This document shows positions 33,704 through 46,470 of a DNA stretch of 53,280 bases, in pieces (positions within the stretch are counted from its first letter, which is position 1; every line of letters begins with the position of its first letter). Location of the stretch: assembly GCA_013115145.1 (NCBI GenBank), contig JAAPAO010000202.1:1-53280 (forward strand), written 5' to 3'. The notes under the pieces were generated by a model, which did not search any database, was not told the origin of the DNA, and was given only the letters and a program-made list of their open reading frames with translations. The DNA is from Perkinsus chesapeaki ATCC PRA-425 (Eukaryota > Protista > Perkinsozoa). Both the position numbers and the translations under genes were made by a program.

Positions 33704-36070
33704 CTAGGCAAATAAGAAATCATCTTCACTAAGTCCTTGTGACGCTAGATGAGCCCTCTCGGCCTCTTGCCGTGCTATAAACCTACCAGCCGTACTGAGA
33801 CAACGCTACCTACGACCAAAGCTCTTACTCGTCCAAGCTCAGTTCCTTCAATGATGATGTTTCGTGGTCTACATGACGGCCATCGGTATTCTAAAAAAGG
33901 GGAGCAATTAATCGCGAGGGGAGGACGGCGCTCGTGGAGCGTACGCGTGCACAGATACCACTCACATTTCCGTGACCAAGCAATTTCACGGCCTATAACA
34001 ACGAGCGATTGAGATTGGGAATGCACGTTAATGCGAATAATCGAATATGTTGCTTTGAAAAACAGCAGGTGATATCCTACCAACTCAACAAGTAAAATAC
34101 ACTGCGAAATTTCCCATAGAGCATGGCCGAGATCCAACGGTAAGGCTTACATTGCAGTCGAGCCACCGCGGTTGAATGGCCCGCTGTAAGGGAGCATCAT
34201 AGTAGTTGATACCGTAGCCCTCAAAGAATGTCTCTTGAGTTAATGAACCTGACAAGAGCCATCGTCGATGGCCAATAAGGGAGGGGCTTACGGTCCATGT
34301 CGTATGCTATCAATACGTATATACAATCTATCCTATCATGACGAAGCAAAGCAACTTCTTTGTCTTCAAATTCCTCGACAACCTGAAGCGAGCAGTAACA
34401 GCAAGACTCTACAATGCATGCTCCCTTACGGCTGCGAGATATCTCAGTCCGCACTTAACAATATCTACCATATGAGGCGAGTCCCTTTCTAGATGGGCCA
34501 TACTGAACAGGAGAATCCAGGTGACACCGAAGAAGCAAAGGAGCCTACTTCAGCTGGGTGTAGTTGTTGAGGTCGTTCAAGCTCCACTCGCCGTACTGCT
34601 TACCAGTGGTATCGGTATCGTCAAAGAACTCGAAAAATGATTTGAAAAGTACGTAAGTGAGCGGTTACATTTTTGAAGAATGTTTCAAAGGCCTCGGTGT
34701 CGGTAGGATCTGGACAACTGAAACCTCCACCGAAGGGACCATCAGTACCTAAAGAATGACAAAGAGTTTGATTGTCGAAGGCGGGCAGACTTAGACCAAG
34801 TCAGGCTGGCATCACCGACGTACTGCGATACGGAAGATAGACAATGGATAGTTGCAAGGATCAATGTAGATAACGGTAGGAACCAAGTACTAGGAGTTAA
34901 AAACTATCACAAATATCGCCAAATAATTGAGTAATAAATCGGCGGACGGCAATGGACGACGACGACGATTATATCCAACATGATGATGGACCATAAAAGT
35001 GAAGGTTGAATCAATAATGACCGCCATTTTACGACAAGATGACGGTGAATGAAGGTCGAACTAACATCTAAAATACTGCGTAAAATAATGAAGGCTATGG
35101 GGGAATATGCAGCAGCAGATGTCCCTCAACTTACAGAAAACGCCGCCGGCATTGTATCCTCCGGCATCATAGTCAGCTCGGCTATCCTCATCAGAGAGGA
35201 CCTCATACGCTCGGGCTATCAATTTGAAAACACTCTCGGCAAATGCTTTGTCGAAATCATTCCTAAGAGCAACATTGATAATGTAAACAGAGGATGTAGA
35301 CGAATCCATGACAATCCTCGCTTTCAACCTCCTTGTCGGCAATAAAGAAAACAAGTGATAAAAAACGAGTGAAGAAAACGATCGTGATAAGATTGTGTTT
35401 CGTATCACGTTCTGCTCCACCCCTCACAATCTTTACTGGCCCATACATTTCTACCAATCTTGGAGACAAATAATACCACACAATACTCTACTTATAAAAA
35501 ACGTCACAGTTCACAGACGGACTATCTGTCGATCCACCTCAGCTGAATCCTACCACTCTCCCACCAAACCGATGCAGTAGATACAACTCATAATGAGTGA
35601 GATGGAAAAAAACGAATTTCGCGAAATTTATCTCTCCAACACTGTAACAGTTTCTCTCCAACTTCACCAACAGCCTCGCAGAAAGTTCCCAAACCGCTAC
35701 CTATGCTTATCAGGATGCCACCGTACTGCCAGCTTCCTATACGACTTCTTTATCTCCTTAGGTGATGCCCCTTTATCAAGCCGAAGTACATCATAGAGAT
35801 CCTAAGCACCACCATCAGTAAGGAGGCATTTACCGAGTATATTCATTTGTACATGATATCTTATTACTATATTTTACATATTCCTCTAAATAACTTATAC
35901 ACATCCTCAAGATTATTGTTATTATCTATATATTTCTTATTATTATTATTTATATATCCCTCCTAATACTAGTATTCAATAGATATATAGGACTTACTAT
36001 AGATGAGGAGCTATCTTTACTGTCATTAACGATGCGATGGTAAAAGGCTGCTTCTTCGCATTCTATGGCC
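33704..36070 (-). CDS. DnaJ (J-domain) protein, multi-exon; 5' end approximate
   Basis: [34 protein letters not shown] spliced to [32 protein letters not shown], then G/F-rich [10 protein letters not shown]. Confidence 0.9.
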
Positions 36071-36679
36071 ATATTATTCAAAATAACGAATTAAATAACA
36101 ATACCAACTACAACTCAGATTAAGACCTCCTCAAAGAGACCAGAACACATTTGCAGGGCAGGAAAAGTTGATAGAAGAGTGCACAAATATATACATGATG
36201 CGCAGGAAAAGGATCCAATTTGCTATGGTTTCCATCTCATTAGATTCACATATTGTAGTGCAGACTCAATGACCACGAAGTGAGATCTAGAGTATCTTAG
36301 CAGCTCAACAATCAGATACCCCTCACTTTTGGTATGTTACACAACAACTGCTAGATTCCCCAACAACCCGCCATAGCACAGGAAATCCTTCTGTGACAAT
36401 CTTAAAAAACAGTCCCCGGTTCGAATCCCAGCAGAGACATTCCGCAGTGAAACTCAACGGCAATAAAGACGGAAAATGATGACACAATTCGTCGCATAGG
36501 CGATTGAAGCCTCCAATAGACCAATCCACTGGGGTAGCGTGTACGTAGCAGCAGCCGCAGCCGCAGCGCTGGAGTACTATACTAGGTTATAAATTCAATT
36601 TACGATATGCTCTAAGTTGTCAGACTACGATTGGACGGAAATATGGTATCAGATTCGACTACCAAATAGTAACCATGAA

Positions 36680-39474
36680 TTAACGGGATTTGTTGAAGGT
36701 CAGCGGCTGGAGGATCTCCCGAGGCACCCAACGCCAAGTATGGCGTGCATCTCCTCTGCAACGGCGAACCTAAGATACCAGTCAAAAGTTATGACCGCGC
36801 GCCATGAATTACGAGCGCCCAGCCGTTGACAGGATTCCCCTTCATTCGCACCAATTCCCCCTTGACCAGGGACAGCTGAGCAAGCAACTCGTAAAAAGCC
36901 GGCAGATTTCCCGCTACCTGCTGCATGCTCTCAGCAGTGTAATCCATCTTAGCAAGAAACTTGGGGTTGACAGCGGTACTCCTATCAACCTTCCGAGAAT
37001 CATACTGAGCCTGATACGCTGCCTCAGCAACTCCCTCCACCTTCTCCACATCAGCTGCCGAAGAGTAGCCATCGACACACCATTCCTCCGCGCTCGAAAG
37101 GCTAGGACTGGGGCAGGATTGATCGGAGGGGGACTCTCCTAGGTCATCGGGGCGAGCATAGGTCGCAGCGTGCTCCAGCTGGCTGTCTTTGCCGATAACC
37201 TTCACATTGAAACCTCCACCGTCTGGCGCCGACTCCTCTTCATCCACCACGGAAGGCTCCTTCACATCGACTTGATTTTCCATACATCCAACCACCTCAA
37301 CCGGGGATATACTAGGACACTCAACCCGCCTCTCAAATCGTGCATCGGTTCTAATCCCAGCACCTCCATCGCTAGCCACCGAGCTTTGCTTCCTCTTCGG
37401 CGGTGCCCTCCTGGGCGGACCCTTCCGAGTAGTATCTTTTCTCGAATCAGATCCCTGCTTAACCTCCCTAAAGTCATTCTCCGCCTCAGTGCAGCTAAAG
37501 AAGCCTTCCTCTCCACCATCACTTCCATCCCCCCCTCTATCATTCTCCCCCTGCCCCTCGCTCTCCCCACTAGTTGACTCCCTCGAGCTCCCACTCAGAC
37601 CGCTAGAATCCCTTCTAGTAGTGTCTGTGGAATCCTCCTCCTCCTTCTCGGTAGCCTTCCGAGCCCTCCATGCCTCGGCTGCCGCAGACTGATCCACCGA
37701 ACTCTCCAGCTCGGCGCCAAACCGAGCCAGCAGGCGTGTGGTAAGATTGTCCAGTCTTCCAGAGTCACAGGCGTATATTCGAGCCAGACCTACAAAGGCA
37801 GGTGCTGGGAGGTTGGGACAACTGGAGACGTACAAGTGACAGCATCCACTTCGAAGCCAGCAATACCAGTCTCAAACCTCCACCATAGGGAAGATTTGCT
37901 GAGGTCAAGCCTACCCAACTCAACCTGACAATATATAGTATAACGCCTGTGGGTTGGCATAGGAATAGTAACAGCAAGGTGATTGCTAAATTCGTTGAAC
38001 GAGTTCAATGATTAGCAACTGGAATCAACCGACAAAGGACAATAACCTTAAGGTAGTAGATACTATATAAGACCAGTATACCTCTTCAACTCTAAATTCG
38101 ACAAACAAAAAAGTTGAAGAAACAAATCCGAATTTCTAGTTGAACAAAATTTGTGGATTAGAACGGAAGGCAATACTAGACTGATGAAATAAGGATGTTC
38201 GTAGCTTTTCACGGGTTGAAAATAGATCGAGAGTCAGTGAAAATGGGAGGTTAAATTCGCCATTGTGGGTTGTATGAGAATCTTGACAGAGCACTCGCAC
38301 GCAGTGGTCCCCTACGAGCCCAGAAATATCAACAAACTGGTAACACAGAAAGTCGCTGCCCGCAGCACTAATTCCCTATACTATCAGAAGTGGGGTTTCG
38401 TTGCTTGAAATACGCCTTGTGTTCAATTAATCTGCTCTCTTGTTAGGCGAATTTAGCCTTCCGTTTTGATATCTGACTTTCATATTGCACCCTTCTGTGA
38501 ATACCCACGAACGTACGAATCTCCTTAGTCAATTTAAAGTGCGATTCTTCCCTTTTCTTCTTTTTTTCTATTTCAAATATGAATAGGAGTACAACGCCCC
38601 CCAGCCTCCTCCCCCTTACTACCCCGTGTGCATAGAAGAGCCCTTGAGTCCTATACCGCAGTTCCTCTTCATTCCATTCTCCTTTATATAAGTAATACCT
38701 TACACTCCCCCAATCACCCCTTGCCATAAGCCACAGCAATCCCCTACCTATCTATCAGAACTCTACCACTCCTTTCCCAATTCATCCTCTCCCTGTGGGA
38801 CCTCCAATTCCACCGTTCGTCCAACCAGCGGCTCAAGCCAGACTGCCGTCCATATCCACCATCATCACCAACTTGCTGGGGTGCTTTAATCAGATTTGAA
38901 TACGCCTCGTTGAGATGTTGGAATACTAGGCATGGATCTCTGAGCGAAGGGGATGCCAAGGATATTAAAAACTATATAGAATACATAATACTTTGAGTAA
39001 ACTCACTCAAAGTCAGCAGCAATCTGCAATTTGATTTTCGCCTTAGAAACAATTTACGAAAATGCTAAGTATGTGGAAGATGAGCCAAAGCACGCGGGTG
39101 GCCTTGAAGGAGCCTTCTCTGGGATATTCACATTAAACCAATACGCTGGCCTACGTCCAAAATCGACGGGGAAACGCCAATCTCATTTTTGACCATCCGC
39201 GAAGATCATCACAACATTGTCCTTGACTCTGCTACCTCCTCCCTGTGTATTTATCCGGATGCCAGATCCGAGCCAGCCTCTTGTATGCCGCCTTTATCTC
39301 ATCAAGGTCCGCTCCTGGCTTCAAGCCAAGTACTCGATAGCATTCTTGACGATCCTGAGGTTGAAGCTGGTCCGAGACTCAGTATAAAGATACCTTCATG
39401 TCAAACGAAGTAACCATTGTATAAAAAGCATCCTCTTCCTCCTCTAGTAGGCTATTGTCCATCCCATCAGACAT
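36680..39474 (-). CDS. J-domain protein with acidic low-complexity region and C-terminal SH3 domain
   Basis: CYRVLGLKPGADLDEIKAAYKRLARIWHPDKYT...LVFQHLNEAYSNL (J-domain); FLAKMDYTAES..QLSLVKGELVRMKGNPVNGWAL-VRRCRG..WRWVPREILQP (SH3). Joining of all middle exons into one gene is inferred. Confidence 0.7.
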
Positions 39475-39900
39475 GGTCCGTAAGGGAGACATTGAGTAAC
39501 CAAAACATAAACAAAACTACACAAACCATTTGAGCCGGGGAGGCCCCACCATCCGGTTCAAAGGTAAGGGAGAATTTACTCTATATTGATACTCGTTATT
39601 AGAAGCTAGGCCTGGCACAGATGTCTTCATACCTCCGAAGCTAGATACCTTCCACAACACTATAGGGGCATAGAGATCTTAGTGAATGTTGAAGTACTGT
39701 ACCAGGGAGGAGCTTTGGAACTCAAGTTAAGGCTTATGGAACACTACGAGTAATGATGGGAATGGAAATATCTTCAACAGAGCAAGATTCGCCAAGGTCC
39801 AACATCCTGCATGTGCATGCGTGCAAACACTCTTCAAAATGATCCAAAGTGACGCCAACTCCAACTGTATCGAATGACCCCAAAGTTTTCCCATTGTAGC

Positions 39901-41901
39901 ATGCTGTCCAGCTGTATCAGTCTAAGCTTCTTGCTTTCACTAGTAACCCACGGAGCACCCCTTTATGCTGATGTCCTGCACAACTTCATAGTAAGTCTTT
40001 TGCAATTCAACCTCGGAAATATCTTTCTAGTGAAATATCGAACGCGTTCGCATGGTTTAACATGCGATGTTTCCTCTATGGTTTGGTTGGCTTCTCCCCG
40101 AAAGATTAAAGTCCCCTTCCAGGTTAAACTCAACTTCACTCATACCGACAATCCCCCAAATCACAGAGAGACCACCCGGATACGGTTCCCCAACGGTCAG
40201 CTATTTTCATGCGCAATAAAAAGTGATGGAGGCAACTCGAGAGACACCAACCCACAAGAGGACTTAGTAGGCCTCGAAAAGCCTCCTAACTCCGAAAGCG
40301 TTGCGGTTTAGGTAACAGTAGGGAAGACGCTGGCCATCTCTCCTCGATGTCAGCATGTAAGCTATCCAGTAGTATTTCACTTCACTGTGGTGTCAGTACC
40401 GAATGGCCAGCGAGTACTGGTCCTATGAGCTGTGCACTGGAAAGAAGGCTTCCCAGTTCCGAATAGACGAGTCCACCATCAGTGCTGCTCTCGCACCGAA
40501 GACGCTTATTGGTAAGGTTGCTAGGTTATGGCTGGGCAGAGGCTTGTGATAGGGAATTATGTGGAGGGAAGTCGACGAGTGCTTCGCAATGGCACTATTG
40601 AGGAACTATACAGCGGCGGCAATGGGAATCGATCGGCAACTGTAAGGAGGGTGGATACACTTTGACGATTCGGCTTTCCTAGGTCCACTATGTATGTGGC
40701 AGATCCATTCAAACATTCATCGAAATAACCGAACCCGAAACTCATCAGTAAGAGGTGGCATTGGAAGGGCTCTGAGAGGGATGCTGGGTAGATATCGTTT
40801 TACACTGGGGCACCCTGCAGCTTGCTTAACCTACACTATGGACGACGGGAACCGCGTTTACGATGATTTTGAGGAAGAGGAGGAACCGGTAAGGACGCCA
40901 AGCAGCATCAAATGGGACGGGTTTTGTAATGCCAGTTTGAGAAGCTCAGCGATGTACCGGAGGCCCAGAGTGGGTCCATCACTGAGGACAGGCTTATCTC
41001 AGTAGACTATAGGGTAGCATATTGCCTGGGTACGGCAAGTATGTTGGGTTCTCAGCGGAAAGTGGGGGGCTACTATAGCGGCTCTTGGAAGGCATCATCG
41101 GCATGCACCAATTTCACTATAGGGTATTGGTCCTACCAATACTGTTACCCTCACGTACTTTGGCAATTTCATATCTCACCAACAACAGGCGCGGTAAGGG
41201 TTTACAGTGACCGATGGGGGGGAACATTATAATTCTCAGATGGAAGGCCGACCGCATCTACTAGGGACCATCACGAATGTAAGCGAGTCTCTCTTCGGCA
41301 GAGACGGGAATCTTTCAGGGAAGCCGAGAGTCTCTAGAAGAAGACGAGGAAAGCTTTGCCACTCGAGTTCCCAAATTCACAATTAGTTCCACGGCCCTCA
41401 GCTCCAGTGAGGGAGGCCACGTAGGAAGGCTGCCTGGCAGGCTGCCTGGCAGCTTCTGCGAATCGCCGTCCTTTTCTAGGGCCGTCGATGGCCGCTGGCA
41501 GTTCGACACGAAATCATGTACACCCTCGGAAACGGAAGCATCTGTCATGAGAACAACGAAACGAGATCAGTATGAGAATCCACCACCGAAACCCGTATCA
41601 AGTCTTGAGCAGGTTTTGGTGAAGCTGTCATGCCCAGAGGACTGGGAGGATTGGCATCCAGGAGACAAGCCTCGCGTTGACTCTCTTGTGGAGGTATCTT
41701 TCTGGCTTTCGAGTATCTTTTAACCTATTTCTTTAGGTTGCACTGTGCCGTTATACTCTATCGGTCTCGGTTCCGGCCCTTTGCGCTGACACCAAGATGC
41801 TCCCTCGGAGACGTGACTCTGGAAAGGACGAGATAAGCTGTTCCCTAGTAGATGAAGAAGACCCTTCTAGAGCAGACGTCCCTCGACTTGACATCGCCTA
41901 A
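39901..41901 (+). CDS. ERLEC1: ER lectin with two MRH domains (ERLEC1/XTP3-B/OS-9 family)
   Basis: Signal peptide MLSSCISLSFLLSLVTHG; MRH1 CQYRMASEYWSYELCTGKKASQF...VHYVCG..EITEPETHQYRFTLGHPAAC; MRH2 CTNFTIGYWSYQYCYPHVLWQFH...YTLGNGSIC...CRYTLSVSVPALC. Confidence 0.85.
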
Positions 41902-42307
41902 AGATAGCACATGCTTTTGACGGATTGCCGCGTTGCCATCGATCCGCGATATTTTTTATCATTTCGTTTCATCGCGACATCGCCTTTCGCGTGTTAGTGA
42001 GTATAGTGGGGGACTACTGTCTGATTGAAGGCGGATTGTGGCATTGACAAGTCGCTGTCAAACTCTATAGAGTTGATAGTAGCTTATATGGTACTAAGAC
42101 TTACCAAACTGTTGAAACCAGTTCACCTTTCGAGCTCCATAATAGGCAGGAAGATCTTGCTCAGTAGAGATCTTCAAAACGGCAAAGTCAATAATTGAAG
42201 GAAGATTGCTGTTTGAGCTTTTAAGGTCTTATTGCAAGGCAGCAGACCTCCGATAACATTACACTAATAACAACAATACACCAGAAGTGTACAACACATC
42301 AACATCA

Positions 42308-42677
42308 TTAACCAGCATCATACTTAATCGCATTTACTTTACTTTCCCCGACGGCTTTGCAGTCTTGCGTACGGTAAATGCCACACCCGCCTTTCGGCCA
42401 GGGCCGGTTTTCACCTCCTTGGTGAATTGCCATTTCTGGTCGCCAGCAGCTTCCACTGTCCTCGAGCCCGTTTGGACCAAACGGTTTGGTGGTAGAGTTT
42501 GCAGATTTCACGAAATTTCCCTAGCTCAGCCTTGATAGCGTCTTTTATTTCCAAACAAACCGCTTTAAGTTCACGACCTTCACCGTCGTTCTCAGCGTAA
42601 GCGGGTTCTTCTAGAACAGGGATAGTTCTGGCCTTGGCGAGGGCAGGCGATCGGGAGAGCCTCACGAGAGCTTCCAT
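42308..42677 (-). CDS. Small hypothetical protein
   Basis: Open segment MEALVRLSRSPALAKARTIPVLEEPAY...ELGKFREICKLY; exon structure and ends uncertain. Confidence 0.4.
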
Positions 42678-42898
42678 GGGGTCGTAACCGCCAAGGTCGC
42701 TGGTATCGTCTTTAAAGTTATAAGAGGTTGTCGAGACCCATTATACTGAGTACGGTACCCCAGGTCCGTACGGGATCGGTTTCCGGGCGAGCGCGCAATT
42801 ACTAGGGCGAGCGAGATTCTCCGACCGTTTTGAGAAGCCCAGGATTCAAAAGGATATGAAAGTGTTCTTGAAGTTCATTATTATATTAATTGAGTATA

Positions 42899-43498
42899 AT
42901 GTTGCCAAAAGGAGTTAAACATCCAACTGCTGGAAAGAAGACTGCCGGTAAAGGGCCGTCCACGGAAGTTGTAAGTCTATTCGTTCTTGTCGGAAGTAGT
43001 ATTCAATGGTTGTCTGTTCTCAGCGTCGCACTGGTATCAAGAAGAAGAAGCGTACCGAGTCCTTCGCCTTGTGGGTTAATGACTGGTCTGCATCGGTGGG
43101 ACGGCGCTGCTAGGTACATTTACAAGGTGTTGAAGCAAGTCCATTCTGACGTTGGAATTTCCAAGAAATCAATGTCTATTATGAACAGCTTTATCAATGA
43201 TATTTTTGATCGTTTGGCGACGGAGGCTATCCGCCTCATCCGTTATAATAAGAAAAAGACGTTAACCAGCAGAGAGATACAAACAGCTCTAAGGTGGGTG
43301 TGGTTAGAATGCATTTAATGAAGCTTGCTGGTAGGTTGCTCCTGCCTGGTGAGCTCTCTAAGCACGCTGTGTCTGAAGGGACGAAGGCTGTTACCAAGTA
43401 AGATTACGTTCTAGTTGGGCTGCAGTAGGCCCATTCGCAGGTACACCTCTTCCGCTCCCATGGGCCTGCCTGGACAAGGCAGTAGCGGTAAGGCTTAG
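42899..43498 (+). CDS. H2B.Z: Histone H2B, H2B.Z (H2Bv)-like variant, 5 exons
   Basis: [140 protein letters not shown]2B is certain; variant assignment is from recalled apicomplexan sequences. Confidence 0.9.
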
Positions 43499-43814
43499 AC
43501 CTCGTATTCTACTACTGCAAGATTAGGTGAGTCGTGGTGTTTGCATACTGTATTTTACCGTTTTTCAATCAGAATTGACACGCTTCTTGGCGGCCTAGTG
43601 TGCTAAGTTGACGGCGTCGTTGTTGTTAAGTGTATGGTGACCTGTTCACTGGCGAGAGCAATAAGTTATAACTTTTGCCCAGTTGTTGAGTTCACCATAC
43701 CCCCAGTGCTTAAAAGGTTTGTCCTTACCTTTCCTACACAAGTATCGCGCATCCAGCTAGGCCGTCGCTATTTGACGTGCGAGGTAAACCACGCTAATAC
43801 GTGAAGGGTAGGAA

Positions 43815-44965
43815 ATGCTTATCAGCCAACTTGCCGACAACCTTGAGTTTGGAGCAATGCAGCTGCCCAGCGGGGATGAAGCACACCGATAGATGTGTGC
43901 TGGGGCTTAGCGAGTTCACTCCGTTAATTGTAGGTGATAGACGGTAGGGAATTGGTAGAACTGTTGTAGATACGCAATAGGCGAAGTAGAATGATGCGAC
44001 GGCATAGCGAGGCTGCTGGGGCGACAATATTGGGTAATCTTGAGAATAGTGACGCTCTTCGAGGTGGATGGCGCGTATCCTTCTCTTCACTGTGGTGTTG
44101 TTTCAGGTCAAGCGTATGAGATAGTAGAAGGGGTTGTCAGCGGGTTGAGCAAGTTTGTCAGTACAGCGATACCGACGCCGCCAGTTGATGCCATTCCATC
44201 CCTGTTGAGGCCGCCCATTAGTACCAGTGCTCTCCCAACCTTAAATGATGCGACCAAGCTAGTCCTAGTGACAACACTTCGGCCGTTGGAGGGCAGTAAA
44301 TGCGATATCTTGACGGCTTTCATGGAAGAGTCGAGGAAGCCGGTCGTCCCTGCGTACCATTTCCGCGAGGTTTTGGAAACGTTGTGTAGAAGGTCCACAT
44401 ACGTCGAGGATAAAAGGTGGATATTTAGGGATTGGTGAGGGTTGGAAGGTTCAAAAGGCGCCGGAAAATGGAGGGTCTCAGGCTGGACTACAGCATCGAA
44501 GTTCTCCTATTGTTGTGTGGGAAGTCCCAGGAGTGGCTCCAGCAGCTTCGACCGCGGTGCCAACAGAGCCTAGCGCTTTCCGCTAGACTTGAAGCTGAGC
44601 TCAGAGATCCACATTGGGAACTGGTAGGAGGGATGTGGGTGAGGCTGAATAGCTGTCGCTATCCGGTGCCTTGTCAGCTATATCTTTTGAGCTTGCGAGA
44701 GACGGACATCGACCTTTATCAGCACCTTTTATCGACTTGGTTTGAAACTTCCGTAGAAAATGCTGTCGAGGAAGAAGGTGGGCTTCATTCAACTCGCCTA
44801 GTGCCGAAATGCGGTTCAGAGCCTGGAAATGTCCAATCAGAGCGCTCGGATGATACCTTCACTTGGATGGTCGAGACCCTCGTGGAGCACGTCGCAGAGT
44901 TGCCAGTTGTAGCTGTAGAATCGGTTATCAAGAAAGTAGGACGTAGCCTCCGATCAATAACTTGA
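43815..44965 (+). CDS. Hypothetical protein, multi-exon; ends approximate
   Basis: Long open exons 44040-44438 and 44500-44965 linked by short introns; no family recognised. Confidence 0.6.
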
Positions 44966-45354
44966 TTTTGTCCACGCTTGCAGTCTGGCTTCATCTCCCA
45001 CCTTGATCCAACAAGCGGGGGTGGGTACCTTGGGCTGCAGAGGAGGGAGAGGCTGGTCATCTTCCCGTCCCAGTAGGCGCAATTGGTTCATAGCTCTGCC
45101 GTAATCATACTTCTCAGTTGGGATTCCCTCAGTCTATGCGTAGAACAAGTTGACCGCTCACCCTACATGTAAGCCACTGGTGAAGCATTCCAACCCAAAG
45201 AGCGTCTGTAGGCGTTATGAGCATATTGGACGTGATTCGGTTCAAGCAGTCGATAGCTAACATGTCATGAAGATTATTCGCCCTTTGGCGTTAGAAATTG
45301 CATGCTTTGCGTTTGGGAGGGCATATGCCAATTGTCAAGGTTTGCTGCTTCACG

Positions 45355-46220
45355 ATGGAATCTTCACCGGAGTCATCTTCTCCAGCAAGCAGCTCCCCAG
45401 CGGACGGAATCGAGACGGATACTCTGGAGTCTGCTGTGAAGCAAGTGGTCTCGAGCAGCGATCTTGAAAGGGTATCTTTGAGAGAGCTAAGACGAAAACT
45501 GGAGCAGAAGCTCGGACTGCCTGAACTCGCGCTTGATAAGTATGAGCAGCCTGATAGGGGGCCAAAAATACAGCGATTTCAGGAATAAGAACACTATTAA
45601 GGAAATGGTTGGGAAGGCCATCACCGAGGCCGAACAGAAGGCTGAGGAGAAAGTGAAACCGGAAGTAGTCGCTGAGCCCTGGTCTAGGTCAGTAGCACTG
45701 ATTACACTTCAGGCCTCAGTGAAGCGGGAACGAGAGGGATCAGCCTCATCACGAGTTGTTAGGAAACGAGCAAAGAAAGAAGAGAAAACTGAAGACAACG
45801 AAGGCAGTTCACCTTCGGCGTCATCATCTGGCTCTGGGAGCTCCTCTTCGAGCGATGCGACATCTGATGACGATTCCGATAGTAACTCCTCGACACCAGC
45901 GAGAAAGGCCGCACCGAAGCGGCGGGCACGGAGCAGGACGCCACCACCTGCCGGCCTCACAAAGAAGAGTTTTGAAAGAAAGGCAAAGCCATTGAAGCTG
46001 ACCCTCGGAAAGCAGGTGCGATGGTCACCAAGATGTCGATTGTGCAATCGCAAGTGGTTGTGCTTAGGAAATAAACATACCGGCCCGAGTTTTCAAGACA
46101 GGATCGTGTGGATGGTGGGGCAGATCTAATATTAAAGTCCCAGTTGGAAAGAATAAAGTGATGGCCAGTTGTCAATTCCAAATCATTGTGCAAAAGTCAA
46201 AGGAATGGCCTGAGAAATAA
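45355..46220 (+). CDS. DEK C-terminal-like domain protein with Ser/acidic/basic linker and an unassigned C-terminal module
   Basis: TLESAVKQVVSSSDLERVSLRELRRKLEQKLGLPELALDK-NKNTIKEMV (DEK_C); C-terminus LTKKSFERKAKPLKLTLGKQ-EINIPARVFKTGSCGWWGRSNIKVPVGKNKVMASCQFQIIVQKSKEWPEK*. Confidence 0.8.
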
Positions 46221-46470
46221 CGACATCGCTTCTCCGTATATTGAGCCCGAATGGGCTATCATAATAATAGTCGATATCATCACTGAGTTATGCTGCTGCC
46301 AAACAGTTGTGCCTTTTGTTCAGTAATAACATTTAGTCACTTTAACGCGAGCGAGCGCGAGTGACAGTACCGCAGACTCGATAGGCTTCCGGTGGACGGC
46401 AGCTATCGACTATTAAACGCAACACCAAAAGCCCTTTCCAATATTACATAACAATTACAAGAATACAGCG

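Noticed and set aside
34211-34226. Spliced-leader relic (accgtagccctcaaag resembles ACCGTAGCCATCTTGGCTCAAG)
   Set aside because: Only 9 contiguous bases match, it is antisense inside the DnaJ gene and not upstream of an ATG; expected by chance.
39880-40311. Extra 5' exons of the minus-strand J-SH3 gene
   Set aside because: The plus strand gives a signal peptide and continuous ER-lectin exons; the J-SH3 gene has its own ATG at 39474.
42411-42677. UFC1-like protein (TIPVLEEPA resembles EIPVLKTNA)
   Set aside because: Similarity is limited to a few residues; the rest of the UFC1 motifs are absent.
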